A DNA stretch of 64,000 bases from Octopus vulgaris (taxonomy: Eukaryota): assembly GCA_951406725.2 (NCBI GenBank), contig OX597815.1, forward strand, positions 119,846,001 to 119,910,000, given 5' to 3'. Below, in pieces: positions 39,020-53,136 of this stretch. Position 1 is the first letter of the stretch. The number at the start of each line of letters is the position of its first letter. A program made the position numbers and the translations under genes. The notes beneath the pieces were generated by a model. It was not told the DNA's origin and did no database searches. It worked only from the letters and a program-made list of their open reading frames with translations.

Positions 39020-40525
39020 TATTTCAAAAATTTTGCCATAAAGGCATAACATAGAGGGGACACTACAAAACATGTGGGGACATATAACAATTAAAATTAT
39101 ATAAAAATAAAATATAATACTATGAATGACACATGAAAATGAACATGAAAAAATAAAATCAAAATATTAAAAACAAAATATTAAATTTATGATAACATGA
39201 ATGATAGCTTGAAAAATGAGAATATGAAAAGTGTGTTACTCACCCTACACTGAATAACACCACTCTCCACCTCTGAGTCCTAAGTCCTCTTTAGTCTCTA
39301 GTCCAATCCTTCAATTACCGCTTTCCCCATCACTGAGTGACAACACTCTCATCTTCATGTAGACATAACCTTTTTCACTGAGGGAGGGGATCTTGTAAAT
39401 TTTGTGGTGTCTGTTCTTTCTTCTTATTTTTCCTGTGGGAAAGGGGGTGGGTGGGTTTGGTGTCTGTATGGGAAGGATGGGTCTGAGTGGTCTTGGGTGG
39501 GATGGAGTTGGTCTGGGGTACCACATCATATTCACTGTTCTTCCTCTTCTTTCTCTTCTTCCTTTTATGCTCTGTCACTATCCACTCTTCCTCTTTGTTC
39601 CTTCCGTCTATCTCTTCTTCTTCCCTTTTCTCCTCCATCTCCACAACTGCTTCTGTTATTTTCCTCTGCAGAGGGCAGTGGGCTCTAATGTGGCCCATTT
39701 GGCCACATTTAAAACATTGTGGGACTCTGCCCTCCACCCACACTCTTAAAACAATCTCTCCCAACGTCACTGTCTCTGCCAAACTCTCCAAATGCCTCTC
39801 CTCTGCCTGTATAATGAGGTCCAGTATTTTTCCTCTCCATCCTCCTTCCTCCGTTTCTGTGGCTTGGAGGACAGCCACCTCCTCCTCACTTCAACGAGGT
39901 CGGCTGCCGCAACCCAAGCCACTTCTATATTGGGTGGGATTCCTTCCACCCTTACCTTGGAAGTCTTTCTTCCAAAATACGTGGGCACAAGCACCACTTC
40001 CTGTCATTGCCGCTACACTCGCCAGCCTCCTCGCCTCTTCCACTGTCTTAAACTGGACAACCAACGTCCTGTATTTGCTTCCTCTTGTTATATTACATAA
40101 TTTGGCTTGATTGTTCCCTCAGTGCCTTTTCTATTTTTGCTGCTTCCACCTGTTCAACCTTCTTGTTCTCCAAAGAGTGCACCTTGTAGGAGATGGGTTT
40201 TTTTCTCCCTGTTTTCCGTGATTCTTTTAGGGGGCAACAACTTCACTTGCCACCCACCCTCTGTGTCATCGTGTCATACTCCTTCAAAGTAGCTAGGTTC
40301 ACTTCTCTTCACCTTCGCAGCCTCAGCAAAACTCTTTGTTTTTTCCAATATTTTATCCATTTTTTTCCACTACCTTCATGAGTTCCTCCTCCGCTGAAGA
40401 CAACTCCGGCCTGCTAAAGTCTGAATACATTGCCTCTACCCTCTCAAAACAGCAAAAAAAAAAAAATAACGTCTGACTGACACACAAACGACAAACGAAA
40501 TGCACTCTGGGTAACCTGAAGCCAA
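39020..40525 (-). mobile_element. ORF1-only (HAL1-like) L1/Tx1-type retroelement
   Basis: Frameshifted ORF with RRM-like segments and zinc knuckle CFKCGQMGHIRAHC; no EN or RT; AATAAA at the 3' junction; 15-bp TSD gtaagcaagctactt. Confidence 0.8.
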
Positions 40526-40570
40526 GTAAGCAAGCTACTTACCAAACAACCTCTCCTGTGCCTATATATG

Positions 40571-40658
<88 letters not shown>

Positions 40659-41169
40659 AAGCATATGAAGTTCTTTATGAGATTGAATCTAATTATTATG
40701 AATCAACCTCAGGACTTATTTTTTAAGCCCGGTACTTATTCTAGTGGTCTCTTTTGCTGAACCACTAAGTTACAGGGATGTAAACACACCAACATCAGTT
40801 GTCAAGTGGTGATGGAGGAACATACGCACACACATATATACATATATATACGACAGGCTTCTTTCAGTTTCCATCTACCAAATCCACTTATAAGGCTTTG
40901 GTCAGCCTAGAGCTATAGTAGATGACACTTTCCCAAGGAGCCATGCAGTGGGACTGAACCCAGAACCACATGGTTGAGAAGCAAGCTTCTTACCACACAC
41001 CCACTCCTGTGCCTATATGTGTGTGTGTGTGCATGTGTGTGTGTTTGTATATAATTATATATATATATATATATAGTATATATATATATATGTATAATAT
41101 ATATATATATATATGTATATATATACATATATATGTATGTATGTATGTCTGTATGTATGTATGTATGTA

Positions 41170-41229
<60 letters not shown>

Positions 41230-42151
41230 ATTATACGTCATCTCAACTCTCACCACAAATTTTCAGCCTTGTGCTTATGCTGGTAATAAATATGAAATAT
41301 CATTTATCCACCCTCACAAACATAATTCCGATATTAAGAGAATTTAGTAGGCTGTACCAACATTCAAATTTGGAATTTTACCAATTCCTAACATTTTTAC
41401 TACATCTGAAACTATTGCTGTAAAGTTATACAAGTTCCACTATTTATTATAACATAAACTATGTTGTGTTCCATTTTCACCAAAACATTCAGCTTTATCT
41501 TTGGTATCAAATATGACCATTGCAGAGAAAATGAAACCAAAAGAAGAATGTCTAAACGATATTTACTAATTATGTAAAAGAAATTAAAAAAACAAATTAC
41601 ATACATACATACATACTTCATACATGAGCATATACATCGAGACATATACATGTATAACATGTGCATACACTAGATGTAGACACATATATATACGCATAGC
41701 TGAACTCACTTCACACACAAATACGATATGTGTTCATGTACATACACATATACCATATATGGACACATATAGAAACATACATATTGTCACTCAACATATG
41801 CATACACAGACATGTATAAATCTCAAACACACATACATCCATATGTACATGAGCAAGTGCATACATGTATGCACATATACACATAGCATATATACGGACA
41901 CATGCCCACACCGACATATACCATATATAGACACGCACACACACACATACACACACACACACACAGACACATACACAAACGTATTTGCACACCCATCATA
42001 TGCATACATATAAATATGCATATAGCATTTGCGTACACACACTCTTGCACACATCTGATTACACACATGCATATATATATAAACTCAAACACCTATTCAC
42101 ATACACATATTTATACACACATGTACACACACTTGCACATACATACATACA

Positions 42152-42221
<70 letters not shown>

Positions 42222-42612
42222 TATATATATATATACACATACATACACATGCACAAGCATACATATATACATATACATGCACACGCATGCACACGTATCT
42301 GATATTGCCGATAAGTTGTTCAGAAGGTCAACTAGTGTATGAAACGTTACCATAGCAATGATATTTACAACAATAAAAACAACAGCAGTAGGAGCGGCAG
42401 CAGCAACAACAACAACAACAATAACTAGTCAGAACACATATAATGGCATATTGCCTGCAACATAAAATATAATTTAATCACCCACACTTTTTACATCTAT
42501 TTTTCCAAGTTGATAAGATCTCAACATATCTGCAAAATTAACTCTTCTTAGCCAATTCTGTCCTTAGTCTAGCTCCAGTACTCTTTAAGAAGAATTTCTG
42601 CTACAAAGTCTG

Positions 42613-43088
42613 TAGGTGGCTGTATGGTAAGAAGCTTGTTTACCAACCATATGGCTCTGGGTTCAGTCCCACTGCGTGGCACCTTGGGCAAGTGTCTTCT
42701 ACTATAGCCTCAGGCTGACCAAAGCCTTGTGAATGGATTTGGTAGACAGAAACTGAAAGAAGCCTGTCATATATATACATACATACATACAAAATTAAAC
42801 ATTTTTTACATACATACATATACAAACATATACAAACATATACACACACATACATGCATATTTATGTATGTATGCATGTATGTGTGTGTATATGTTTGTG
42901 TGTCTGCATTTGTTCCCCCAACATTGCTTGACATCCGATGCTGTCTCCGTAACTTAGCGGTTTGGCAAAAGAGACTGATAAAATAAGTACTAGGCTTACT
43001 AAGAATAAGTCCTGGGACTGATTTGCTTGGCTAAAGGTGGTGCTCCAGCATGGCAGCAGTCAAAGGACTAAAACAAATAAAAGAATAT
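42613..43088 (+). mobile_element. SINE family B, full-length
   Basis: Collinear with 32183-32865 without the nested insertion. Confidence 0.85.
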
Positions 43089-44252
43089 AATGGATCAAAA
43101 CATCATCATCATGGTTCGAATGTCTCTTTCCTGTATTCACATAGATTGGTTGGAGTTTGTTGAGGTAGATTTTCTGTGGCTGAACTCCCTCCCTGCCACC
43201 AAACCTTACCTGTTTCCATGTAAAGTAATATTTTCCCAAGGGTGGACATGTGTTAATGGAAGATTGGAAATGACAGACATCACCTGGAAATGGGAGACAT
43301 CAACTCATGTACATTTACATACATGTACACACACACATAGACACACACATACACACACATACACACACTCACACACACATCATCATCATTATCATTATCA
43401 TTGTTGTCATTGTTCTCATCATCATCGTTGTCATCACCATTGTCATCATCACTATTGTCATCGTCATCCTTTAATGTCCATGTTCCATGCTGGCATGAGT
43501 TGGATGGTTTGACAAGGACCCAGTGAGTCTAGGACTGCATTGTACTCACATCTCTGTTCTGGCATGGTTTTCTATGACTGGATGCCCTTGCTGACATCAA
43601 TCACTTTACAGTGTAACATGTGGCCACTGTAACATGTGGGTATGGGGAACAATATTAATGGATAAAGAATGAATATCAAGTGAGATGGTTCTTGGTTGCA
43701 AGTAAGAAAAAGTGTTATCAAGATGGTGGTGGTGGTGGTGGTGGTGGTGGAGAGCAGCCATGGATCGTGGATGATATGGTTTGGAGGTGGGGGGACATGA
43801 AAATGGGATTCATTAATTGGGATATTCATACACACACATATGTACACACACACACACATGCATGGGCTCACGCACATACATACACACACACACACACAAA
43901 TACACTCATCATGTAAAAACACACATGTGATGTGCCTGTGTGGTGCCACATAAAAACATCTGGGTGGTGCCACATAAAATCACCCGTCACACTCTGTAAA
44001 GTAGTTGGTGTTAGGAGGGCCATCCAACCATAAAAACCATGCCAAAGCAGACTGGAGTCTGGTGCAGCTTACCAGTTTGGCAGTTCTGGTCAAACTGTCC
44101 AATCCATGTCAGCATGGAAAATAGATGTTAAATTATGATGATGACATATATGTATATTTCTACATGTATGTATGTATGTATGTATGTATGTATGTATGTA
44201 TGTATGTATGTATGTATGCTTGCATGCATGCATGCATGTATGTATGTATGTG

Positions 44253-44284
<32 letters not shown>

Positions 44285-44349
44285 TGTATGTATGTATGTA
44301 TGTATGTATGTATGCATGTATGTATGTAGTCTCTTCTATTTTTTAATTA

Positions 44350-44600
44350 TTATAAATCTTCCACTAAGGAGGGAGCCGGTTTCCAACAAAGATACAAAGC
44401 TCCATCATTGGGATGTAGTTAACACAGACAAATTCACATTTGGAACTTGAGAAAAGTCTTGCATTTTTTATTGTTCCACTCACAGACTGCTCTTGTTATA
44501 TAGGAATGAGTCGGTCGATTTCTTTTTCTGAAAATCCCAATTTATCCAGATTCTCTTTTAAGTGTTTACTAAAAAAAATCTATTGCTCCAATTATTATCG
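44350..44600 (-). mobile_element. R4/Dong-like LINE 3' end within a (TATG)n array
   Basis: Homologous to 14110-14385; KCKTFLKF terminus. Confidence 0.55.
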
Positions 44601-44636
44601 GTTATGTATGTATGTATGTATGTATGTATGTATGTA

Positions 44637-44671
<35 letters not shown>

Positions 44672-45123
44672 ATGTGTGTGTGTATGTATTTGTGTGTGTG
44701 TATGTATGTATGTATGTGTATGTATGTGTATGTGTATGTGTGTGTGTATGTATGTATGTATGTATGTTAGCTTCTTTCAGTTTAGTATGTCTACTAAATC
44801 CACTTGTCAGGCTTTTAATTAACCTGGGGTTATGGTAGAAACAGTTGCCTGGGATAGCATTCAGTGGAACTGAGTGGTTGGGAAGTTGGTTTATTAACCA
44901 CACAGCCACACTTGCATCTGTTGTAGATAAAAAAACAAAACAAAACAAGGGAAAAACAAAAAGTAACCCAACAAACAAATCTTGGCCATTATACAAAGCA
45001 AGCCTAAGGAACATGTACCATGCTGTTGCTAATTGATATAGGTGCTTATGTAGTCATGAGCGGACACAGGCACTTTTGTGACCTTCCCAACCTTGAAACA
45101 GTGGATCATCCTGGATGTGATAG

Positions 45124-45205
<82 letters not shown>

Positions 45206-45773
45206 GTGGGGAGAGTATCTCTTTGTAAATAGAAGTAATAGTTCCCTGAACTATTTCCACACAGTTCTTTTTCTAACTACTCTGCTTTTAGAGCACCCTC
45301 CTTTACTGCTGATTTGGTCACCAAGGTAACAAGCTATCAACTATATATATATATATATATATATATACATAGGCAAAATGGCTGAATTGGACCTCATGGA
45401 GGCAAAGTGGCTGAGTTCCTTTCGAGTGTAGGGCCTCATGGAGGCAATGGCCGAGACCTTTGGCATTATGTCATGCTTGAGAAAACCCATGAAGCCGAGC
45501 AAAATTACAGTCATGGCGATACTGGTGTCATGCAAATGGTACCTGTGCCAGTGGCATGTTAAAATGCCCATTACACTCTTGGAGTGGTTGGCATTAGGAA
45601 GGGCATCTAGCCATAGAAAACCATGCCAAATCAGACTGGAGTCTGGTGCAGCGTTCCAGCTTACCAGCCCTGGTTAAACCATCCGACCCATGCCACCATG
45701 GATAAAGACATGAAAAGATGATGATGATTATGATGATATATAAAGACATATAGATATGTGAGGTGCTGACATG

Positions 45774-45809
<36 letters not shown>

Positions 45810-46367
45810 GGCTGCCCCAGCACTAGGCTTGTAGTCATTGTTTTTAGCCAAGTTGATATATAACAATATGAAATGAAGTGTCTTGCTCAAGGAGACAATG
45901 AACCACCCTCTCAATGAACTGAATCCAGAACTTTATGGAAGTAAGGTCAACATTTTAATCACTCAGCCATGTGCCTTCAGACATTTTTGGATACCTTGTG
46001 TATATATTGACCTTATTGACAAAACAGCTGATTTTATATAAAACAGCTGGTTTTAAAATTTTTTTACATGTCATAAAAACCTGGGTGGGTTGGCATTTCT
46101 GGCTCCACTTTATGATTAAAGACAAAATATTGACTTATAAATATGCAAAGATGAAGTGGACAAAAAGAAATTGATGGCGGCATTAAAAATTTATACAGAA
46201 ACATAATGTTATTTAAATAAACAGTTTAAAAGGATCCACAGCAAATGTTAATTGAGAATATATTGACATGGTATAAATTCAATACTGTCATAAAAATGGT
46301 TGTAAAACACATAACAAATCATATAAAACAAAATAAATAAATCCAAACATCCACATACCTACTCTTA

Positions 46368-46400
<33 letters not shown>

Positions 46401-46588
46401 ATACATACACATATACATACTCATTTATATATGCATATATGCAGATACACATATATACATAAAGGCATGAACATCCACACGTACATATATGCATTACTAT
46501 AGCAATCTTGGAGACACTAATAGCAATTTCTACTTTCCAGATGCTTTTGCACTGTACACGTATAAGTTTATCTGTGCATATGTATATA

Positions 46589-48850
46589 TCTCTATATCTA
46601 TAAATGGCATAATGTCCGTGTATCTGTGTGTCCGTGTGTCCTTTATACAAATCCACAGTTTTTCACATAAAAGGCTCACATTTTCTATGGGCTTTCAAAA
46701 CTGTCTGATTGGGGTCGTGAAGATCTTTTAATTTCTCCAGTCACCCCAGAAAGCCATTAAAAAAGTTGATAAACTGACCCCTTATGCCCATAAGTTATGG
46801 GCATATCCCTTCAAAATTGCTAAAACATAGAAATTTGTTCGTGGTGTATGCGTACAGCTAGATATGCCAGTAGACTGCTAACTGTTTTTTGATTTGACGG
46901 AGATAATTTTACCCTTGACAGTTGAATGCACATGTGCTTTTGCAGACAGTCTGTATGACTCAGTGCATTTTTGTGTTTTGTGAAGATGCGTTATCATATG
47001 TTTTGGCTTTCAAATGTGCAAGCTTTTTTGATTTGAGAAATGCAGGGAATAATTAACGAGTTAGACCAAGTGAATGGCAAGAGAGTGGGATTTTCGTGAA
47101 AGACCAAATATGCTTGATATGCTATCATTCCTTAAGTATGCCATAAAAGAGTTGGAGCCTATTCAATGAATCTATTTAGGAAGGGCTTTACTTTTATGCT
47201 TTTGGTTGATTTAAGTTATCCAGCGAGAGCCCAGGATGTTTTATTCAAGTAGGATTTAAAATGAGAAAAACGTGTGTACAAGTTGATTGACAGAATCCCA
47301 GACCCACAGGATGCTGCCAAATACCTGGTCGACTTTTTGAATGCTTTGATGCCATCAGGGCTTCCACCTCACACTCTGCGGCTCACACAGTGCAACGGCA
47401 CGTGATTGGTCGTCAAGTCATTGTCCGCTGACTTGATTGAGGTGACCATTAAAATGAGACAAGGAAAGGGGGAAACCGTCTTCATTGCAAGAATGGATAT
47501 ATTTTCTGCACCATCGAACATTCCCTTCACTTTCCACCAGATGCAATTTCCGGTGAAGCCTTGCTTTGCGATGTCAATTAACAAATCGCAAGGACAGACA
47601 CTCTCAGTCGTGAGAATACATCTGGGCGAGCCCTACTTTTTGCATGGGCAACTTAATATTGCCTGCTCCCATATTGGAAGTAGGAATGCCCTGTTTGTAT
47701 ACGCCCCTGAGGGTAAAACCCGCAATATTGTTTACGAGATTTTGGATAAGCATTTATAAATGCATTGGTATACCAATGCTATCCTCAATGAAAACAATTC
47801 TCACTTTGTCAGATGTTTATTAAGTTAGGTTAAAGGGCTAGGTCCCTTTTTGTGAAGGCTGTCGGTAAATTTTTGTAAGTTTTGCCAATGCCGATCTCCA
47901 AAGCTACATTCTTCAATGGTCCTTAATCCAATGCAGTCGTCCTCCCCCGAAACAAACCCACTATGCACATCTCCACAGCCATGTCATTTAGAATCCCTAG
48001 GATGGGTTAGCGACAGATCAGGATTAAAAGCTGCCTATTAGAGGCTCCCGAGCCCCCTTCTGTAAGGTTAGTCTAGGTTGTAGTTGAAGGCTTAGTTGTG
48101 TTCCAAACCTAACCTCCTCCGTTTCAGTGGATCGGGAGCCCAATTAGCCTTCCGGCGAAAAGGCATACCTATTATTTATACCTTAGTTAACCTTGATGTC
48201 TTACGTGCTTCTATGTGTCATGAACTTATAACTATTGACCTTACTGCGTTACTTGCTTCAATGCGTCATACTCATAAAATCACTTTGAATGCTGTTTTTT
48301 GTGCTCTAATTGCTCTGCCTTTTTGCCGGAATCAGCATTTTTCTTCCCACCATTGCTATGCACTCATAGGACGAGGTGGTTAGATGAGGGGGGTTGTTGT
48401 CAAAAGGGCTGGCATGTGCAACTTCATCATCTCTGCCAGTCAAACTCCCAACCCATGCGTTCCCGTCGCGACACTTATTGTGCAGAACTAGGTTGGGTGT
48501 GAAACGAAACTCAACAAATGAGATTTATGTGTTTTTTTCAAAATCATGCTATTTTGTGGCCAAATTCAAGTTTTTTGCTTTCTTCTGCCTCCTTTTTTGT
48601 CTGACTAATGGCATGTGCACAGTCCTGCTAATTTTCCATGATTATGCCATTCCAGGTGTGAAAACCGAAGTCCAATGAATATTAATTACTCTCATAAAAA
48701 GCTCCAACTAACTCATAAGCAACAAAACTGGCCCAGGCTGAAATATGATAAGAAACCTAGCTCTCGATTTAGTGAGAAATTTTTACTGCGACCTGGCAAC
48801 GAACAACAAGCACTAGCACTAGACCCGGCAACGCCAGGTCATAGTGCTAG
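46589..48850 (+). mobile_element. Internally deleted Helitron with Pif1-like helicase C-terminal remnant
   Basis: 47290-47759: FLNALMPSGLPPHTL, CNGT, QFPVKPCFAMSINKSQGQTL, HGQLNIACS, KTRNIVYE; 5' TC; 3' hairpin acccggcaacgccaggt then CTAG|T. Confidence 0.9.
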
Positions 48851-48876
48851 TATATATATATATATATATATATATA

Positions 48877-48921
<45 letters not shown>

Positions 48922-49002
48922 CAGATGAATATGGTACCTAAGTTGAGGCACCAGAATTTAGTACAATTTAGTATCATCCATACTATTTCAAAGTAAGGTG
49001 AT

Positions 49003-50649
49003 TAAAATCAAAATAAGCAACAAGGATATCCAGAGGTAATGCAGTGCGATCGTTTCATGCAACTCCATTTAATTTAACAATGCAATCATTACATCAATTT
49101 AAATGCAGAGCAATCCTCAGCTGCACAAAGACATAGAATTTAATTAAATTAAAACAGATGGACACATTAGTATAATTATACCTGAAATCTCCAAGAAGTT
49201 AAGGAGATAGACAAAGAACATTCTGCCTTCACTCCAGCATAGAAGCTACTAAGGTATCAAGAAGATGTACATTGTTACAGACTCTGCCTGTCACTGATTT
49301 TTTTGTTTTTATGGGGTCAGTTTTAATTTATAGACTAGTTTATCAAATCCTTGTATATCTAAGGTTGAGAGAACAAAGGGGCAGTATCTGTTAGGGGTAG
49401 GGCTGAGGGAACAGACAGAAATCATAGTTGGTATAGTCATAAAAATCAAGATTTATTTGAAGCAATATCATGAGGCTTGGTAAAGGAAAACTTAAAACAA
49501 GATATTAGCAGACAATTAAGGGGGTAGAGTTAAATCCTGCTGTCCATTATTAGGACAATGTCTTACCCAGAACGTAGCATATAAATGCACAATAATAACT
49601 ACCACTAATAATTATATTTACTTTGGTTGTTCGATTAATTTGAAACAGTGTATATACAATCACGTGTCGTTCTTTAAACTTAAACGTAAGGCGAATTGTA
49701 CGTGATTATCCAGTAAGATTTGGGAATTGAAAGAAAGTAGAATTGGGTTTAGCCTCAAATGGGAAATAATAAGAAAAGCTCAGCCTTATAGAAATAGCAG
49801 ATATGGGTGTGAGCTGTGCTCTATGGAAACATATGAAATTTTTAAGCATTAAGATAATGGCAACCTAATTAATAATTAATTAGACCTTAGGGTATCATGT
49901 GTACATAGTGCCAATCATACCTTTAAATATTTTAGAAAGTAGCACTTTATTGATCTTGTGATTTAAAACCTATAATGTACCTCTTAGTTTATAATCAGTG
50001 AATAGGTAGCATGCCCTACAGCATAAATTTTCCTTTAGTTAATACAGGATATCAGTCATTATAGATACAAGCTAATTAAGTAAATAAATAATTTTTAGTT
50101 TTAAATACTTGAATTATTACATATTTTCTATAAATCTTCTCTATTGAAGTTTCTAGGTTGTATATATACTTCATCATGATTTTAGGGATTAAGCTATTTT
50201 ATATCCTTTTCTATGGTGTTCAACCCTACCTGATCATTTTAATACTTTATAATTGCCTTTAGATAAACCTAGATTTTTGTACCCCTATAAATTCATACTT
50301 AGCTTATAGAAAACAATATGGGTGTCTTCACAACTTAAAATTAAACTGCTTAGATTATAATTCAACTAATTTTTAGTAAATTTGTTCTCTCACCTCAATG
50401 ATAAATCTTCCTGATAACCCTAAATTTTAACTTTATACAATATGGATATATTGTTTAAAATAGTTTTAGTAACTAAGTTGTTTATCCCTTTCTTAAAGTG
50501 TTACGTCCTCCTAATTAAATTCTATGTCTTTGCGCAGCTGAGGATTGCTCTGCATTTAAATTGATGTAATGATTGCATTGTTAAATTAAATGGAGTTGCA
50601 TGAAACGATCGCACTGCATTACCTCTGGATATCCTTGTTGCTTATTTTG

Positions 50650-50655
<6 letters not shown>
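49003..50655 (+). mobile_element. Penelope-like element 2 with near-perfect 144-bp inverted terminal repeats
   Basis: 49530-49942: CPLLGQCLTQNVAYKCTI..YIYFGCS..NHVSFFK..LSSKIWELKE..LKWEIIRKAQPY..CELCSMETYEI..CVH (GIY-YIG); IR 49003-49146 / 50512-50655. Confidence 0.9.
50533..50617 (+). ncRNA. Type I hammerhead ribozyme motif in PLE2 pLTR (antisense twin at about 49041-49125)
   Basis: gcag-CTGAGGA-[58-nt stem II]-GAAA-CGATCG-CA-ctgc; palindromic stem III. Confidence 0.75.
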
Positions 50656-50687
<32 letters not shown>

Positions 50688-50980
50688 AGATAGCATGAAA
50701 ATATATATATATATATATCATCATCATCATCATCATTTAACATCCGTTGACCATGCTGGCATGGGTTGGATGGTTTGACCAGGACTGGTAAGCTGAGGGC
50801 CTTTACTAGCTCCAGTCTGATTTGGCATGGTTTCTATGGCTTGATGGGTTTTCTGCTCAAGCACAACATATTGCCAAAGGTCTTGGTCATTTGTCATTGT
50901 CTCTGTGGCGTCCAGCACTATGTGTGTGTGTGTGTGTGTGTGTATGTGTCTGCATGTGTATGTGTGTATGTGTGTGTGCA

Positions 50981-51019
<39 letters not shown>

Positions 51020-51020
<1 letters not shown>

Positions 51021-51200
51021 CTTGAAATTTATAGAAAAACAAAAGACAAAGATGTGTATGAACAACAAGCAGGTGTATTAGTTGATGCTCAGGAAAAATG
51101 AGGAAGTCTGTTACCTTTCGAGCCTATGTTCTTCAACAGAAAGAAATAAGAGAAAATAAACTGAGAGAACAGAAAAAAAAACTTCAGTGGTTTAGCATGG
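51020..51200 (-). repeat. Interspersed repeat, inverted relative to the copy at 52315-52480 (possibly PLE-derived)
   Basis: gaaatttatagaaaaacaaaagacaaag.. is the reverse complement of ..cttcgtcttttgtttctttgtgaattc. Confidence 0.55.
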
Positions 51201-51413
51201 TGAATTATTGGGAAAAAAAGAGGTTGAAAGAAAGGAAGATAATAAAGTACTAGTGATCACAAGAGAAGGTGTGCGTGCATGTGTGTGTATGTGAGAATGG
51301 TGTATGTGAGTGTGTAAATGTGTGTGTGTGTGTGAATAGTGACTCTGATGTGTGTGAGTGTGTGTGTGCTGTGTGTAGCAGTTGATGCATGCTTTTTTAC
51401 ATGGTATGTGCAC

Positions 51414-51450
<37 letters not shown>

Positions 51451-52518
51451 TGTGACCAAACAGTGTGCATGTGCATGGTGTATATATGTGGGCAAAAGTT
51501 ATCTTTGTCTATGTATGTTGTGTGTGTGTGTTAATGCATGTTGTGTGTGTATGTATATATAGCCTGTGTTCAGGTATTATGTGCTTCTGTGGGTGTGGAA
51601 GTGCGCATGATGGTGTGTGGTGTGGGTACTGGGAAGTGGTCAGTGCTAATGTGATATATATATAAACACCACTTACGCACGCACACACTTACACATACAC
51701 ACACACACTTACACATACACACACACAAACACACATGCAATAATTCCCATCCTCTCCCTAGATATTATAATCTCCCTAAACTAGTTTATCCCTTATCAGA
51801 AACAGAAACTTCATGAAGGACATCTGAAACAAAGAGGACAAAAGATACAAAAGGTTCACTGCCAAGAACACATAGAAATAAACAAGCTCTTTGAACATAT
51901 AGCTCCATCATCAGTGCCTAACAGATATCAATATGGTTTCAGCATTATAGGTTTTTTTAAAAAATTTCCATCAATGAAATCCACTCACAAGACTTTAGCT
52001 GGCCTACAACTAAATAGAAGACACTTGCCTAGGATGATGTGCTGTGGGACTGAACCTAAAACCATGTGGTTGGGGAGCAAAGATGAAGCTTCCTGATGTG
52101 CAACTCTGAGTTTTACATACCGAATCGATTAAACAATTTCGACAATTAGAAATTTGAAATTCTCATTTACCATGTAAAAAAAGCCACAACTCTTAATAAC
52201 ATATACTCCTCTTAATGTATTGAGTGTTGAGTAAGGTTTGGTTTGTTTTTCAACACATTCATTCACCAGTTCGTATTATATATATATATATATATATATC
52301 GCCATGACAGATCGCTAGCCACTACATATTCTTTATTTTCTCTCCTTGTTTCTTTCTGTGGAAGAGCACAGGCTTGAAAGGTTAAAGACTTTTTCACTTC
52401 CCAAGCACTATATTAATACATATGTTTGTTGTCTACACCACCTGTCTTCGTCTTTTGTTTCTTTGTGAATTCTCCCTATACATACATACATACATACATA
52501 CATACATACATACATACA

Positions 52519-52553
<35 letters not shown>

Positions 52554-52845
52554 CATCATCATCATCATCATCATTTAACGTCCATTGTCCATGCTGGCAT
52601 GGGTTTGATGGTTTGACCAAGGATGGTGAGCTGGAAGGCTGTGCCAGGCTCCAGTCTGATTTGGCATGGTTTTCTACAGCTGGATCCCCCTCCCAATGTC
52701 AACCCCTCTGAGAGTGTAATGGATGTTTTTACATGCCATCAGCATGGGTGCCATTTGCACGACACTAGTATCTGCCACAACTGCTATTTTGCTTGGCTTA
52801 ATGGGTTTTCTCAAGCATGATATAATACCAAAGGTCTCAATCATT

Positions 52846-53042
52846 GCCTCCTTGGTGCCCAATGCTCGAAAGGAACTTGACCACTTTGCCTCTGTGGCAC
52901 CCAACACACAAGAAGAATTCAGCCATTTTGCCTCTGTGAAGCCCAATGCTTAACAGGAACTCAGCCATTTAGCCTCTGTGAGACCCAATGCTCAAAAGGA
53001 ACTCAACTACTTTGCCTCCATGAGGCCTAATGCTCAAAAGGT
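52846..53042. repeat. About five 42-bp tandem units inside an RTE 3' UTR
   Basis: gcctctgtgaggcccaatgctcaaaaggaactcagccacttt-like unit; the same unit is seen in reverse at 45372-45450. Confidence 0.8.
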
Positions 53043-53136
53043 GGTCTTTATGTGCCACCAGCACAGGCGTCAGTCACATGACACCAGCATCAGCCATGAC
53101 TATGATTTCACCTGGCTTGATCTGCAACACCAACTT

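Noticed and set aside
41345-41551. Minus-strand frame with a single TAG that editing might recode to Trp
   Set aside because: No recognisable protein and no pairing partner found; chance is sufficient
47406-47759. Host PIF1 helicase gene
   Set aside because: C-terminal fragment only, with an upstream stop and deletion, enclosed by Helitron termini
52355-52400. Hammerhead in the 51020/52315 repeat family (tgGAAGA..GAAA)
   Set aside because: C3/U4 are missing and stems I and III cannot be drawn convincingly
52846-53042. Regularly spaced 42-bp repeats resembling a CRISPR array (also 15970-16240 and 28997-29290)
   Set aside because: Whole units repeat with no unique spacers; they lie inside RTE 3' UTRs; no cas genes; eukaryotic context
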